NCBI GenBank assembly: GCA_949287075.1 | Contig: CASEEU010000086.1 | Coordinates: 204 to 64,203, forward strand | Direction of reading: 5' to 3' | DNA from: an uncultured Eubacteriales bacterium | GTDB lineage: Bacteria; Bacillota; Clostridia; TANB77; CAG-508 | DNA length: 64,000 bases | Shown here: in pieces, positions 38,536 to 47,605 of the stretch | Layout: each line of letters opens with the position of its first letter | Position numbering within the stretch: position 1 is the first letter of the stretch | Position numbers and translations under genes: made by a program | The notes under the pieces: model-generated | Told to the model about the DNA's origin: nothing | Seen by the model: the letters and a program-made list of their open reading frames with translations, nothing else | Database searches by the model: none

Positions 38536-38724
38536 CCGTATACAACAAGGTTAAGTTTCTTATATTAAAAAAAGAATTATCTTAGAGATATAAGAAAAAG
38601 ACAAAATTTTACAGAAAATGACATTGACAAATATAAAAGAAAATATTAAAGTGGCATTATAGGCTAAATAGCTTTTTACAATAGATAAAATTTCATGAAT
38701 TATAAATAGAAAGGATGGAGGAAA

Positions 38725-40611
38725 ATGTTAAGAAGGAGAAAAGGTTATTTTGAATTTCGGCTGATAAAGCCAGAAGAATGTACAACAGAAAACAATATAA
38801 AGATACAAGTGAAGATTCCAGATAAGGGATTTGTAGAAAACCTTCAGTTAATCTTTTATCAGTTTGATAAAATTGTAGAAAAGGTAAATCTGCAATACCA
38901 AGGAAAGGAAGAAGAACAATCAGAAGAAACGAAAAGTGTGTACTCAGCTAAATTTAAGCTGAGTAAGTCAGCGATATACTGGTTCTATTTTACCCTTTGC
39001 ATAGAGGGAGAACAGTACTATGTTTATCAAGAAGAATTTTTAACAACACAGAAAAAAACAGAAGTATATCCAAACGAATACTGTTGGAGGCTTAAGGTTA
39101 AGGATGTAAATCTGAAGGAATATCCAGAATGGAAAGGCCGGATGATTTATCAGATTATGCCGGATAGGTTTGCTATTGGCAGTAATGGTATTATTCCAGT
39201 AAAAGGAAGAAAGATTAAAGACTGGGATGATAGAATGCCAGATTGGAAACCGGATTCGGACGGTATTTATCGGAACGAGTATTTTTATGGTGGTAATTTA
39301 CAAGGCATAAAAGAAAAATTGCCATATATAAAAGAACTGGGATTTAATGCGATATATATAAATCCAGTTTGTAAAAGTAAAAATTATCACCATTATGAGG
39401 CAGAAGATTTTTGGCAAATAGATCCTATGCTGGGAACTTGGAGGGATTTAGAGGAACTCTGTGCAGAAGCAAAGAAACTAGGAATGAAGGTTATATGTGA
39501 TATGGCATTTAACCATACATCAGATGAGCATGAATATTTTAAATCAGTAATATCTGATGTAAATTCTCCCTATAGAAGATTTTACATCTTCAAAGAGGGA
39601 AAAATAGTTACATGGGCTAACTATAGCAATATGCCAGAGCTTAACAAAAAAAATCCGGAAGTGCAAAAAGAATGCATTAACATCCTAAGGAAATATATCA
39701 GTGTAGGAGTAGATGCCTTTAGGATGGACTTAGGAGATATATTGCCAAGAGAATTTCTTTTAGCAGTCGTAAAAGAAATTCAAAAAGAGTATCCACAAAT
39801 CATTTTTATTAATGAAATGTGGGACATTGCGACTGAACGAGAAAACCCGCAAATCTTTGACGGACAGACAAATTCTTTAATGAATTATCCTATAAGAGAT
39901 GCGATTATTCGTTGGGTAAGATGGGGAAAGTGGGAGCATTTTCTGTACAACTTTAGAAGAGTGTATGGAGAATATCCCAAATCTGTGTCAGATATATTAA
40001 TGAATGTTATAGCGACGCATGACACAGTAACCTTAATGACATCGTTAGTTGGAGAACTCATGAATCCAGACCCATATAAGAAACTGGATGATATTGAAGG
40101 TCCTTGGAGGCATCCAGATGCTGATTTTGAAACTTTTGAATTTAGGAGTTACTCAGCAAGCCATGATGAATTATCAAAATATAAAAAAATTGTGGCAAGA
40201 AGGAGTGCTAAAATAGCACTACCGATATGGTACACTTTTCCAGGAAATCCTAGTATGCTTCAGGGAGCGGAGAATTGTGTCACGGGATACAAAGATCCAT
40301 TTTGTCGGAAAGATATGGATTGGGAGAATCCTGATTTGGATATGCATGCGTATATCCAGAAATTAAACCATTACCGGCAGGATAATATAGATATCTTGGG
40401 TGATGGTGAGCCAAGAGTCAGAAAAATCGATGAAAGATTTATGCTGACAGAAATGTATTCAGAAAAAGGAAACATTCTCTTATTCTCAAACAATACAGAT
40501 CAAGTGATTACCAATAATCATTTTAGAGAGTATAGGGAAATATTTAGTGAAAATAGTACGAAAGATAAAATTGGTGAGTATGGAACACTCATTTTAAGAA
40601 GAGATAAATAA
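38725..40611 (+). CDS. Glycoside hydrolase family 13 (neopullulanase/cyclomaltodextrinase-like alpha-amylase)
   Basis: The GH13 regions are IYQIMPDRF, GGNLQGI..LGFNAIYINPV, DMAFNHTS, DAFRMDLGD, INEMWD and ATHDT. GC is clearly above the flanks. Confidence 0.85.
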   Translation: MLRRRKGYFEFRLIKPEECTTENNIKIQVKIPDKGFVENLQLIFYQFDKIVEKVNLQYQGKEEEQSEETKSVYSAKFKLSKSAIYWFYFTLCIEGEQYYVYQEEFLTTQKKTEVYPNEYCWRLKVKDVNLKEYPEWKGRMIYQIMPDRFAIGSNGIIPVKGRKIKDWDDRMPDWKPDSDGIYRNEYFYGGNLQGIKEKLPYIKELGFNAIYINPVCKSKNYHHYEAEDFWQIDPMLGTWRDLEELCAEAKKLGMKVICDMAFNHTSDEHEYFKSVISDVNSPYRRFYIFKEGKIVTWANYSNMPELNKKNPEVQKECINILRKYISVGVDAFRMDLGDILPREFLLAVVKEIQKEYPQIIFINEMWDIATERENPQIFDGQTNSLMNYPIRDAIIRWVRWGKWEHFLYNFRRVYGEYPKSVSDILMNVIATHDTVTLMTSLVGELMNPDPYKKLDDIEGPWRHPDADFETFEFRSYSASHDELSKYKKIVARRSAKIALPIWYTFPGNPSMLQGAENCVTGYKDPFCRKDMDWENPDLDMHAYIQKLNHYRQDNIDILGDGEPRVRKIDERFMLTEMYSEKGNILLFSNNTDQVITNNHFREYREIFSENSTKDKIGEYGTLILRRDK

Positions 40612-40642
40612 ATTCAAAATATCTTTTGTACTTTTTAATCCA

Positions 40643-40673
40643 AAAGGGACAGGCATCGTGCCTGTCCTTTTTG
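40643..40673 (+). terminator. Intrinsic terminator of the GH13 gene
   Basis: ggacaggca-tcg-tgcctgtcc followed by ttttt. Confidence 0.75.
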
Positions 40674-40712
40674 TTAATTTTTTGAACGAGTTGGCACGTC
40701 CTAATGTTCAAT

Positions 40713-40782
40713 TGTCGAAAACTTCTTATAAAACGACAAAACTTCTTAAATTTCACTCTTGGAAAATATTGGAAAAAAGAAT
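40713..40782 (+). promoter_or_regulatory. spoIIA control region: Spo0A-box-like sites and a sigma-H-like promoter
   Basis: TGTCGAA at 40713..40719 is an exact 0A-box heptamer. An inverted TGTCGTT lies at 40732..40738. An 11-bp direct repeat aaaacttctta occurs at 40718 and 40738. GGAAAAT - 11 nt - GAAT spans 40761..40782. Confidence 0.45.
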
Positions 40783-40814
40783 ATAATACAAGAAGAATTT
40801 TAAAGGAGGCTATG

Positions 40815-41156
40815 ATGGAATCGAAATTTTATGAAGAGGACAAGTTATTAATTTTTAGAATCACAGATGAAATTGATGATTTTAGTGTTCAAAAGATAAG
40901 GAGGAGAGCGGATTATGACATTGAAAGATATATGCCTAGAAAAGTTATATTTGATTTTAATAGTGTTACATTCATGGATAGCGCAGGGATAGGATTAATT
41001 ATTGGAAGGTATAAGTTTGCAAAAATGTTGGGAAGTAAAGTAGAACTTGCCAATTTAACAAGTAATATTAAAAAAATATTTGAAATGAGTGGAATTTTAA
41101 GATTAATACCAATTACAAACTTAGAAAATGAAAAATATACAAACAAAATTGGATAA
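40815..41156 (+). CDS. spoIIAA: Anti-sigma-F factor antagonist SpoIIAA (STAS domain)
   Basis: FDFNSVTFMDSAGIGLIIGRYK is the phospho-Ser motif region. It is followed by spoIIAB and sigF. GGAGG lies upstream. Confidence 0.85.
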   Translation: MESKFYEEDKLLIFRITDEIDDFSVQKIRRRADYDIERYMPRKVIFDFNSVTFMDSAGIGLIIGRYKFAKMLGSKVELANLTSNIKKIFEMSGILRLIPITNLENEKYTNKIG

Positions 41157-41224
41157 TTTTATTTAGAAAAAGGTTATAGGAATACCTTATGAAAAACCTA
41201 AATATATATTAAAAGGAAAAGAAG

Positions 41225-41707
41225 ATGAAAAGTGAAATTGAAAATGAAATGAAATTAGAATTTATTAGTAAATCTGCAAATGAAGCATTTGCAAGAATTA
41301 CAGTAGCCGCTTTTGCATCACAATTGGACCCAACCATTGAAGAATTAGCAGATATTAAAACAGCTGTATCTGAAGCAGTAACCAATTGTATTATTCATGG
41401 ATATGATAAAAAACAGGGAATTGTTAAAATATTTGCCAGGTTAAAAGAAAACGAGATTTTAATAGAAATATCAGATAAAGGAAAAGGAATCGAAAATATC
41501 GATATGGCAAAAGAACCATTATATACGACAAAACCAAATCTAGAGAGATCAGGTATGGGATTCACCATTATGGAAAGTTTTATGGATGAAGTGGATGTGG
41601 AATCTGTTGTAGGTCTAGGAACAAAAGTAACAATGAGAAAGATTATAAAAAATAAATTAGAAAATGAGGAATCTGATGATGAGTTTGAAATGATTACAAA
41701 AGAATAG
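41225..41707 (+). CDS. spoIIAB: Anti-sigma-F factor SpoIIAB (Ser kinase, GHKL fold)
   Basis: [19 protein letters not shown], the N-box [14 protein letters not shown], the G-boxes DKGKGI and RSGMGF. Confidence 0.9.
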   Translation: MKSEIENEMKLEFISKSANEAFARITVAAFASQLDPTIEELADIKTAVSEAVTNCIIHGYDKKQGIVKIFARLKENEILIEISDKGKGIENIDMAKEPLYTTKPNLERSGMGFTIMESFMDEVDVESVVGLGTKVTMRKIIKNKLENEESDDEFEMITKE

Positions 41708-41716
41708 AGGTAAAAT

Positions 41717-42445
41717 ATGTTTGAAAATAGCGTAGAAGCAATTAAGAAAGCACAATCTGGTGATAAGTATGAAATGGAAAGAATGATTAGAGATAATAAT
41801 GGACTTATCTGGAGTATTGTTAAAAGATTTAATGGAAGAGGATATGATTTAGAAGATTTATACCAGATAGGGTGTATGGGATTTATAAAATCAATCAAAA
41901 GATTTGATACCAATTATGATGTGAAATTATCTACATATGCAGTTCCTTACATGATAGGAGAAATAAAACGATATATACGTGATGATGGGCCGATAAAAGT
42001 TAGTAGAAGCATTAAAGAATTAGGAATGAAGATAAGAGAATTACAAAAGGAAAGTATAAACAAAAAAGGAAAGGAATTGACGATTGAAGAATTAGAAAAA
42101 GAATTAAAAATTTCGAAGGAAGATATCGGATTAGCATTAGAAGCAAACAATACAGTAGAATCTATAGATGGAAAATTTTATACAGACAATAAAGATGGAA
42201 ATAGTATTAACTTAATAGAAAGAATTTCATCAGATAAAAACGAAGAAGAATGTATCACAAATAAATTAGCAATCAAACAATTAATAGAAGGATTAGAAGA
42301 TAGAGATAAAGAAATCATATTTTTAAGGTTTTACAAAGATAAAACACAGTCGCAAGTAGCAAAAATTCTTGGAATTACACAAGTACAGGTGTCAAGATTA
42401 GAAAGAAAAATTTTAGAGAATATGAAAATGAAGCTAATTTCGTAA
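41717..42445 (+). CDS. sigF: Sporulation sigma factor SigF
   Basis: Region 2 reads DLYQIGCMGFIKSIKRFD. The region 4 HTH reads QSQVAKILGITQVQVSRLERKIL. The operon context supports the call. Confidence 0.9.
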   Translation: MFENSVEAIKKAQSGDKYEMERMIRDNNGLIWSIVKRFNGRGYDLEDLYQIGCMGFIKSIKRFDTNYDVKLSTYAVPYMIGEIKRYIRDDGPIKVSRSIKELGMKIRELQKESINKKGKELTIEELEKELKISKEDIGLALEANNTVESIDGKFYTDNKDGNSINLIERISSDKNEEECITNKLAIKQLIEGLEDRDKEIIFLRFYKDKTQSQVAKILGITQVQVSRLERKILENMKMKLIS

Positions 42446-42457
42446 AGAGGTGATAGG

Positions 42458-43471
42458 TTGAAGAAAGTTTTTATCTATTTTTTTGCTTTTTTATTTATCT
42501 GTTTTGTTCTACCAGCATTATTTACTAAATCAGAAATAAATGCATCATCAAAAGTAGGGAATGAAGAAGAGAATGCAGATGGAAATGTAGAAAAAGTTTC
42601 AGAAGCATACATATACAACCAATATGGAACCATTCAATTGTTACATACAGATACGAATGAGGTAGAAGAAGTTGCTTTAGATACCTATCTTTGTCATGTG
42701 GTATCAGCAGAAATGCCAGTTGATTTTGAAAAAGAAGCTTTAAAAGCCCAAGCAATTGTGGCAAGAACCTATACAATTTATAAAATAAATAATAAAAAAC
42801 ACGATAATGCAGATATTTGTGATGATTCCAATTGTTGTCAAGCATGGATATCAAAAGAAGATAGATTAGCAAAATGGGACGAAGACAAAGAAGCAAAATG
42901 GAATAAAATAGAAGAATGTGTGAAAGAAACTCAAGGAAAAATCATTACCTATGATCATCAACCAATTAATGCGTTTTTTCATTCTAATAGTGGAGGAAAA
43001 ACAGAACTTCCAGTAGATGTTTGGGGAGGCGGTAGCAATATGCCATATCTTCAGGTTGTTGAAACAGCAGGAGAAGATGGATACTCGCAATATAATTCAG
43101 AAATAGACTTGACGAATGAGGAAATATTACAAAAATTAAAAGAAAAATATGTAGATATTCAAATTGATTTTAATAATGAGGATGATATAAAAATATTAGA
43201 ATATACAAGTAGTGGAAGAGTAAAAACAATTAAATTTGGCAACCACGAAATTTCAGGCACAGAAGCAAGAACTATATTTGGATTACGTTCTACTAATTTT
43301 GAAATATCAAAAGAAGAAGGAAAAATAAAATTTATAGTTATCGGATATGGTCATGGTGTAGGAATGAGTCAAACAGGAGCAGATAGTATGGCGAAAAATG
43401 GAAGTACGGCAGAAGAAATCATTAACCATTTCTATGTTGGTGTAGAGATTAAAGATGTGAATTCACTTTAA
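42458..43471 (+). CDS. spoIID: Stage II sporulation protein D (lytic transglycosylase family)
   Basis: TTG start after AGAGGTGATAGG. It has ALKAQAIVARTYT, CCQAW, FHSNSGGKTE and GHGVGMSQ. Confidence 0.85.
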   Translation: MKKVFIYFFAFLFICFVLPALFTKSEINASSKVGNEEENADGNVEKVSEAYIYNQYGTIQLLHTDTNEVEEVALDTYLCHVVSAEMPVDFEKEALKAQAIVARTYTIYKINNKKHDNADICDDSNCCQAWISKEDRLAKWDEDKEAKWNKIEECVKETQGKIITYDHQPINAFFHSNSGGKTELPVDVWGGGSNMPYLQVVETAGEDGYSQYNSEIDLTNEEILQKLKEKYVDIQIDFNNEDDIKILEYTSSGRVKTIKFGNHEISGTEARTIFGLRSTNFEISKEEGKIKFIVIGYGHGVGMSQTGADSMAKNGSTAEEIINHFYVGVEIKDVNSL

Positions 43472-43562
43472 TTTATAATTTTTTGAAAATCAATATTTAA
43501 AAATGTATATTCTTTAAAAAAAAGGAAATACTTGTAATAATAAAGTATTGAAGGAGGATTAT

Positions 43563-44375
43563 ATGAAAAAGGATATTCATTTAAAAAATATAGGGGAAAA
43601 AAATATAAATGATAAAATTATATCTTATGTAGTTATGGGAGCAATTGTTGTTGCGATTATCATTATTTCGCTTCTATTATATAGCCAAAAAATTAATAAA
43701 GATGTAAAAGATGAAACAATGACATTAGATCAAATGACAGATGCAATTGGAAAAACAAATGAAATTGTTGAAGAAGCAGAAAGTGCTAGTACAGAAATAG
43801 GAAAAACAGTTGAAGAGGCTCAAGAAGAAGAAAAAGAAGAAAACATTATACAGAATCAAACAACACAAAATATAAATAGTAAGGAAAGCATGGAAAGTAG
43901 TAATGTAGACACAAATACAACAAAAAATGGAACTAGTGAAGAGAATTTAAAAACAACAGAAGTAAAAGAATTATCATTTGAAACACCGGTAGAAGGAGAA
44001 ATTGTAAGAGAATTTGCACAAGATAATTTAATATATTCAGAAACATTAGAGGAATGGGTTACACATAGTGGAATAGATATAAAAGCAGATAAAACAACAG
44101 TTATAAAAGCAGCTGAAGCAGGTGTGGTTAAATCTATAAAAAATGATCCTAGATATGGGTTAACAATTGTAATAGAACATGATGATACATTCCAAACGGT
44201 ATATTCTAATTTGTTGACTTCTGAATTTGTTGTGGAAGGAGAAAACGTTGAAAAAGGACAATCTATAGGAACTGTTGGAAATAGTGCTGTATTTGAAATA
44301 GCAGACGAGCCACATTTACATTTTGAAATATTAAAAGACTCTATTGCAGTAGATCCTTCTATTTATATCAAATAA
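43563..44375 (+). CDS. Membrane-anchored M23/LytM-domain protein, SpoIIQ-like
   Basis: An N-terminal TM helix and a low-complexity linker. The LytM domain keeps an intact HxxxD (HSGID) and HxH (HLHFE). It is adjacent to spoIID, as I recall for clostridial spoIIQ. Confidence 0.6.
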   Translation: MKKDIHLKNIGEKNINDKIISYVVMGAIVVAIIIISLLLYSQKINKDVKDETMTLDQMTDAIGKTNEIVEEAESASTEIGKTVEEAQEEEKEENIIQNQTTQNINSKESMESSNVDTNTTKNGTSEENLKTTEVKELSFETPVEGEIVREFAQDNLIYSETLEEWVTHSGIDIKADKTTVIKAAEAGVVKSIKNDPRYGLTIVIEHDDTFQTVYSNLLTSEFVVEGENVEKGQSIGTVGNSAVFEIADEPHLHFEILKDSIAVDPSIYIK

Positions 44376-44501
44376 TAATTGACGAAGTAAAACATGTATG
44401 ATAAAATATAATAAGCTTAAAACCTTGTTATATAGTGATTTTCAAACGCAAGGAGTAATATGATAAGAAATATAATATGATAAAGAAGAGGGAATGAAAA
44501 A

Positions 44502-45593
44502 ATGAAGTTAGGAATCGTTGGATTACCAAATGTAGGAAAAAGTACATTATTTAATAGTATAACAAAGGCAGGTGCAGAATGTGCCAACTATCCATTTTGT
44601 ACAATAGAACCAAATGTTGGTGTTGTACCTGTTCCAGATGAAAGATTAGATGTATTAACCAATATGTATCATCCACAAAAAACCACACATGCAGTTATTG
44701 AATTTGTGGATATAGCAGGATTGGTAAAAGGAGCAAGTAAGGGAGAAGGATTAGGAAATAAGTTTTTATCACATATTCGTGAAACAGATGCTATATGTGA
44801 AGTGGTAAGATGTTTTGAAGATTCTAATATTGTACATGTTGATGGAAGTATAGATCCAGTAAGAGATATTGAAACCATTAATTTAGAATTAATATTTGCA
44901 GATATAGAAACAGTTAATAAGAGATTAGATAAAGCAAAGAAAAACTTAAAAGCAGATAAAAAATATCAAGAAGAAATCAATTTGTTAGAAAAAATAAAAG
45001 AAAATTTAGAAAATGGAATTTCAGCAAGGGCTATAGATTTTAATGAAGATGAACAAGCCTTAGTAAAAGATATGTTTTTATTAACAACCAAACCAATTTT
45101 ATATATTGCCAATGTATCTGAAGAACAACTTGGTGATGCGGAAAATGACTTAAATGTCAAAAAAGTAAAAGAATATGCTGCAAAAGAAAAAGCAGAAGTA
45201 ATACCATTATGTGTAAAAGTAGAAGAAGAATTATCAGGGTTAGAAGATAATGATAAAAAAGAAATGTTAGAAATGTTAGGTTTGGAAGAATCAGGATTAG
45301 ATAAGGTTATAAAGAAAAGCTATGATTTATTAGGATTAATGTCATTTTTAACAGCAGGAGAACCAGAAGTAAGAGCTTGGACAATCAAGAAAGGAACAAA
45401 GGCACCACAAGCTGCAGGAAAGATACATTCAGATATAGAAAGAGGATTTATCAAAGCAGAAGTGGTTTCATTTAAAGATTTAGTAGGACAAGGTTCAATG
45501 GTGGCAGCAAGAGAAAAAGGCTTAGTCAGATCAGAAGGAAAAGAGTATGTTATGCAAGATGGAGATATTGTTTTATTTAAATTTAATGTGTAA
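44502..45593 (+). CDS. ychF: Ribosome-binding ATPase YchF
   Basis: GIVGLPNVGKSTLFN, DIAGLVKGAS, and the C-terminal TGS-like MQDGDIVLFKFNV. Confidence 0.9.
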   Translation: MKLGIVGLPNVGKSTLFNSITKAGAECANYPFCTIEPNVGVVPVPDERLDVLTNMYHPQKTTHAVIEFVDIAGLVKGASKGEGLGNKFLSHIRETDAICEVVRCFEDSNIVHVDGSIDPVRDIETINLELIFADIETVNKRLDKAKKNLKADKKYQEEINLLEKIKENLENGISARAIDFNEDEQALVKDMFLLTTKPILYIANVSEEQLGDAENDLNVKKVKEYAAKEKAEVIPLCVKVEEELSGLEDNDKKEMLEMLGLEESGLDKVIKKSYDLLGLMSFLTAGEPEVRAWTIKKGTKAPQAAGKIHSDIERGFIKAEVVSFKDLVGQGSMVAAREKGLVRSEGKEYVMQDGDIVLFKFNV

Positions 45594-45804
45594 TATATGT
45601 CATTTCTTTGTAATAAAAATGTAACAAAAAAAATCAAAAAAATGTATTGACGAAAAAATAAAATAAGTATATTATAAGGATAACGTAAACAAAAGATAGA
45701 AATAGTGTGTTTATGGACTTGCAATTATTAAAAAAACGTGCTATAATAATAATTGTTTATAGAGTAATTTAAAAAATATACTATTTGAAGTAAGGAGAGG
45801 TAAT

Positions 45805-46170
45805 ATGAAAAGATCAATTATTTTAAAAAGTTTTTTAGTAATTTTAATGTGTGCAATGCTTATATTTGCAATAACACCAGTATATGCAGCAACAGATGAA
45901 GGATTTGAGGATATATTATCAGATAATACCTCAAATACAGGTAATACATCAAATACAAATTCTGCAAATACAAATACAAGAAACACAAATTCTAGTAATG
46001 TTCAAAATTTAAATGCATTAAGAAACACAAGTAATAGTGTTAACACTACAAATTCTTTACCAAAAACAGGAATAGAAGATTCATTACCAACAGCATTATT
46101 AGTTATCGTATTTGCAATTTCAGCAGTTTACGCATATAAGAAAATAAAAGATTATAGAAATATTGATTAA
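45805..46170 (+). CDS. Small LPXTG-anchored surface protein with an Asn/Thr/Ser-rich repeat region
   Basis: Signal peptide, then NTSNTGNTSNTNSANTNTRNTNSSN, then LPKTG + hydrophobic helix + KKIKDYR. Confidence 0.75.
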   Translation: MKRSIILKSFLVILMCAMLIFAITPVYAATDEGFEDILSDNTSNTGNTSNTNSANTNTRNTNSSNVQNLNALRNTSNSVNTTNSLPKTGIEDSLPTALLVIVFAISAVYAYKKIKDYRNID

Positions 46171-46197
46171 TAATTAAAATAAATAAATTGAAGATGA

Positions 46198-46890
46198 TTA
46201 ACCATCTTCAATTTTTGCTTTTATAATGATTCGATTTCCATTAAAGTTATTACAGGTGACTAAAGTTAATTCAAAAGAACCTGTGGTTGTATGATATACA
46301 GGAGACAAATCATCAGGTTTTACTTCATAATTTTTAATAACGGAATAGATATATTGATTGTCAAAAGTATCATATATATATATTTTATCATTTGTTTTTA
46401 AATCTTTAATTTTACTAAAAAATTTATCATTATCATAATTATGTCCAGCAATACATAAATTGAAATCTATAGAGTTGGTATGGGGAAAATCTCCAAAAAA
46501 ACGACAAGGAGAAGTTTTTAATAATTCATCTGTTAATTCATTAAAAATAGGATAGGAAATATTTAGTACTGGAATTTCAATCATTCCAATCATACTGTTA
46601 GGTTCAAGCTCAGTATTATTTCTGCTTTCACCATTAGTATTATTAGAATATAATTGAGTAATACTATAATTGTTAATTAATAAATTAGAAAAATCTTCTT
46701 TATGGTTTAAAGAGATTTTATAATAAGTAAATAGAGAAGTGATTATCAAGATGGCAATGATTGATAGAAAAAATTGAATATTAAATATTTTTTTATAAGA
46801 ATGTTTTTTAGAAGGGAGTATATATTTATTATGAGAATCTTCTGATTGATCAATATGTTTAGATAAATCAATATTGAGAATTTGATTCAT
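46198..46890 (-). CDS. Sortase family transpeptidase
   Basis: An N-terminal TM helix, His motif IAGHN, the catalytic TLVTCN, and Arg in NRIIIKA. The start is uncertain: ATG at 46890, or TTG at 46926. Confidence 0.75.
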   Translation of the reverse strand: MNQILNIDLSKHIDQSEDSHNKYILPSKKHSYKKIFNIQFFLSIIAILIITSLFTYYKISLNHKEDFSNLLINNYSITQLYSNNTNGESRNNTELEPNSMIGMIEIPVLNISYPIFNELTDELLKTSPCRFFGDFPHTNSIDFNLCIAGHNYDNDKFFSKIKDLKTNDKIYIYDTFDNQYIYSVIKNYEVKPDDLSPVYHTTTGSFELTLVTCNNFNGNRIIIKAKIEDG

Positions 46891-47131
46891 ATAGATTCCA
46901 TTCCTTTCATTCTTCACAAAATTCAAGTTTTTACTAATTCTTAGTATTTCCTTATATAATAAAAATATGATATTGAAACTAAATTAAAAAATGGAAATTT
47001 AGAAAAAATATACAAAAAAATTATGCAAAAATAGTTATTAATTAATAGAATATATTTTTATTAATAATTGCTTGACAAAAAATAAATATGGTATTAAAAT
47101 AGTTAGGTCACGAACTAAAAGAGGTGTAAAT

Positions 47132-47605
47132 ATGGAAAAAAATGAAATTGGAAAATACATTCAAATTGTATCAAGACAGTTAAAAAGAAATATGGATGAA
47201 ACATTAAGTAAATATAATGTTACAGGTGTACAATCGATGGTCATAGGATATATTTATAAAAAATCCAAAAAAGGAGAAGTATTTGCGAAGGACATCGAAG
47301 AAGAGTTTGAAATGAGAAAAGCGACAGTTACTGGGATTATTCAATTAATGGAAACAAATGGCTTGATTGAAAGGAAAGCTAAAGAGGGTGACTGTCGATT
47401 GAAAAGTATTGTATTAACACAAAAGGCACTAGAAATAAAAGAAGTTGTAAAAAAACAAATAAATATAGAGGAAAAAAATATTGTAAGTGAAATGACCAAA
47501 GAAGAGCAAAAGCAATTTTTAGAATTATTGAAAAAAGCATCAAAAAATTTAGAAAATTGTAAAAAGGAAAAATATAATCATAAAGAAAGGAGAGAAAAAT
47601 GTTAA
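47132..47605 (+). CDS. MarR family transcriptional regulator
   Basis: The winged-HTH segment is KDIEEEFEMRKATVTGIIQLMETNGLIERK. The gene overlaps the downstream ABC gene. AGAGGTG lies upstream. Confidence 0.75.
   Translation: MEKNEIGKYIQIVSRQLKRNMDETLSKYNVTGVQSMVIGYIYKKSKKGEVFAKDIEEEFEMRKATVTGIIQLMETNGLIERKAKEGDCRLKSIVLTQKALEIKEVVKKQINIEEKNIVSEMTKEEQKQFLELLKKASKNLENCKKEKYNHKERREKC

Noticed and set aside
40692-40708. TGGCACG at 40692 looks like a sigma-54 -24 element upstream of spoIIAA.
   Set aside because: The expected -12 TTGC(A/T), four bases downstream, is absent (the sequence reads tcct-aatgt). The spoIIA operon is classically sigma-H/Spo0A dependent.
45925-46050. Short aatac/aataca tandem repeats considered as a CRISPR array or non-coding satellite.
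   Set aside because: They lie inside an ORF that has a signal peptide and an LPKTG anchor, and they encode an Asn/Thr-rich linker. There is no repeat-spacer periodicity. I saw no CRISPR array anywhere in the window.
46927-47131. AT palindromes (for example ttattaattaata) considered as a MarR operator between the sortase and marR genes.
   Set aside because: They cannot be distinguished from chance palindromes in DNA that is almost pure A/T.
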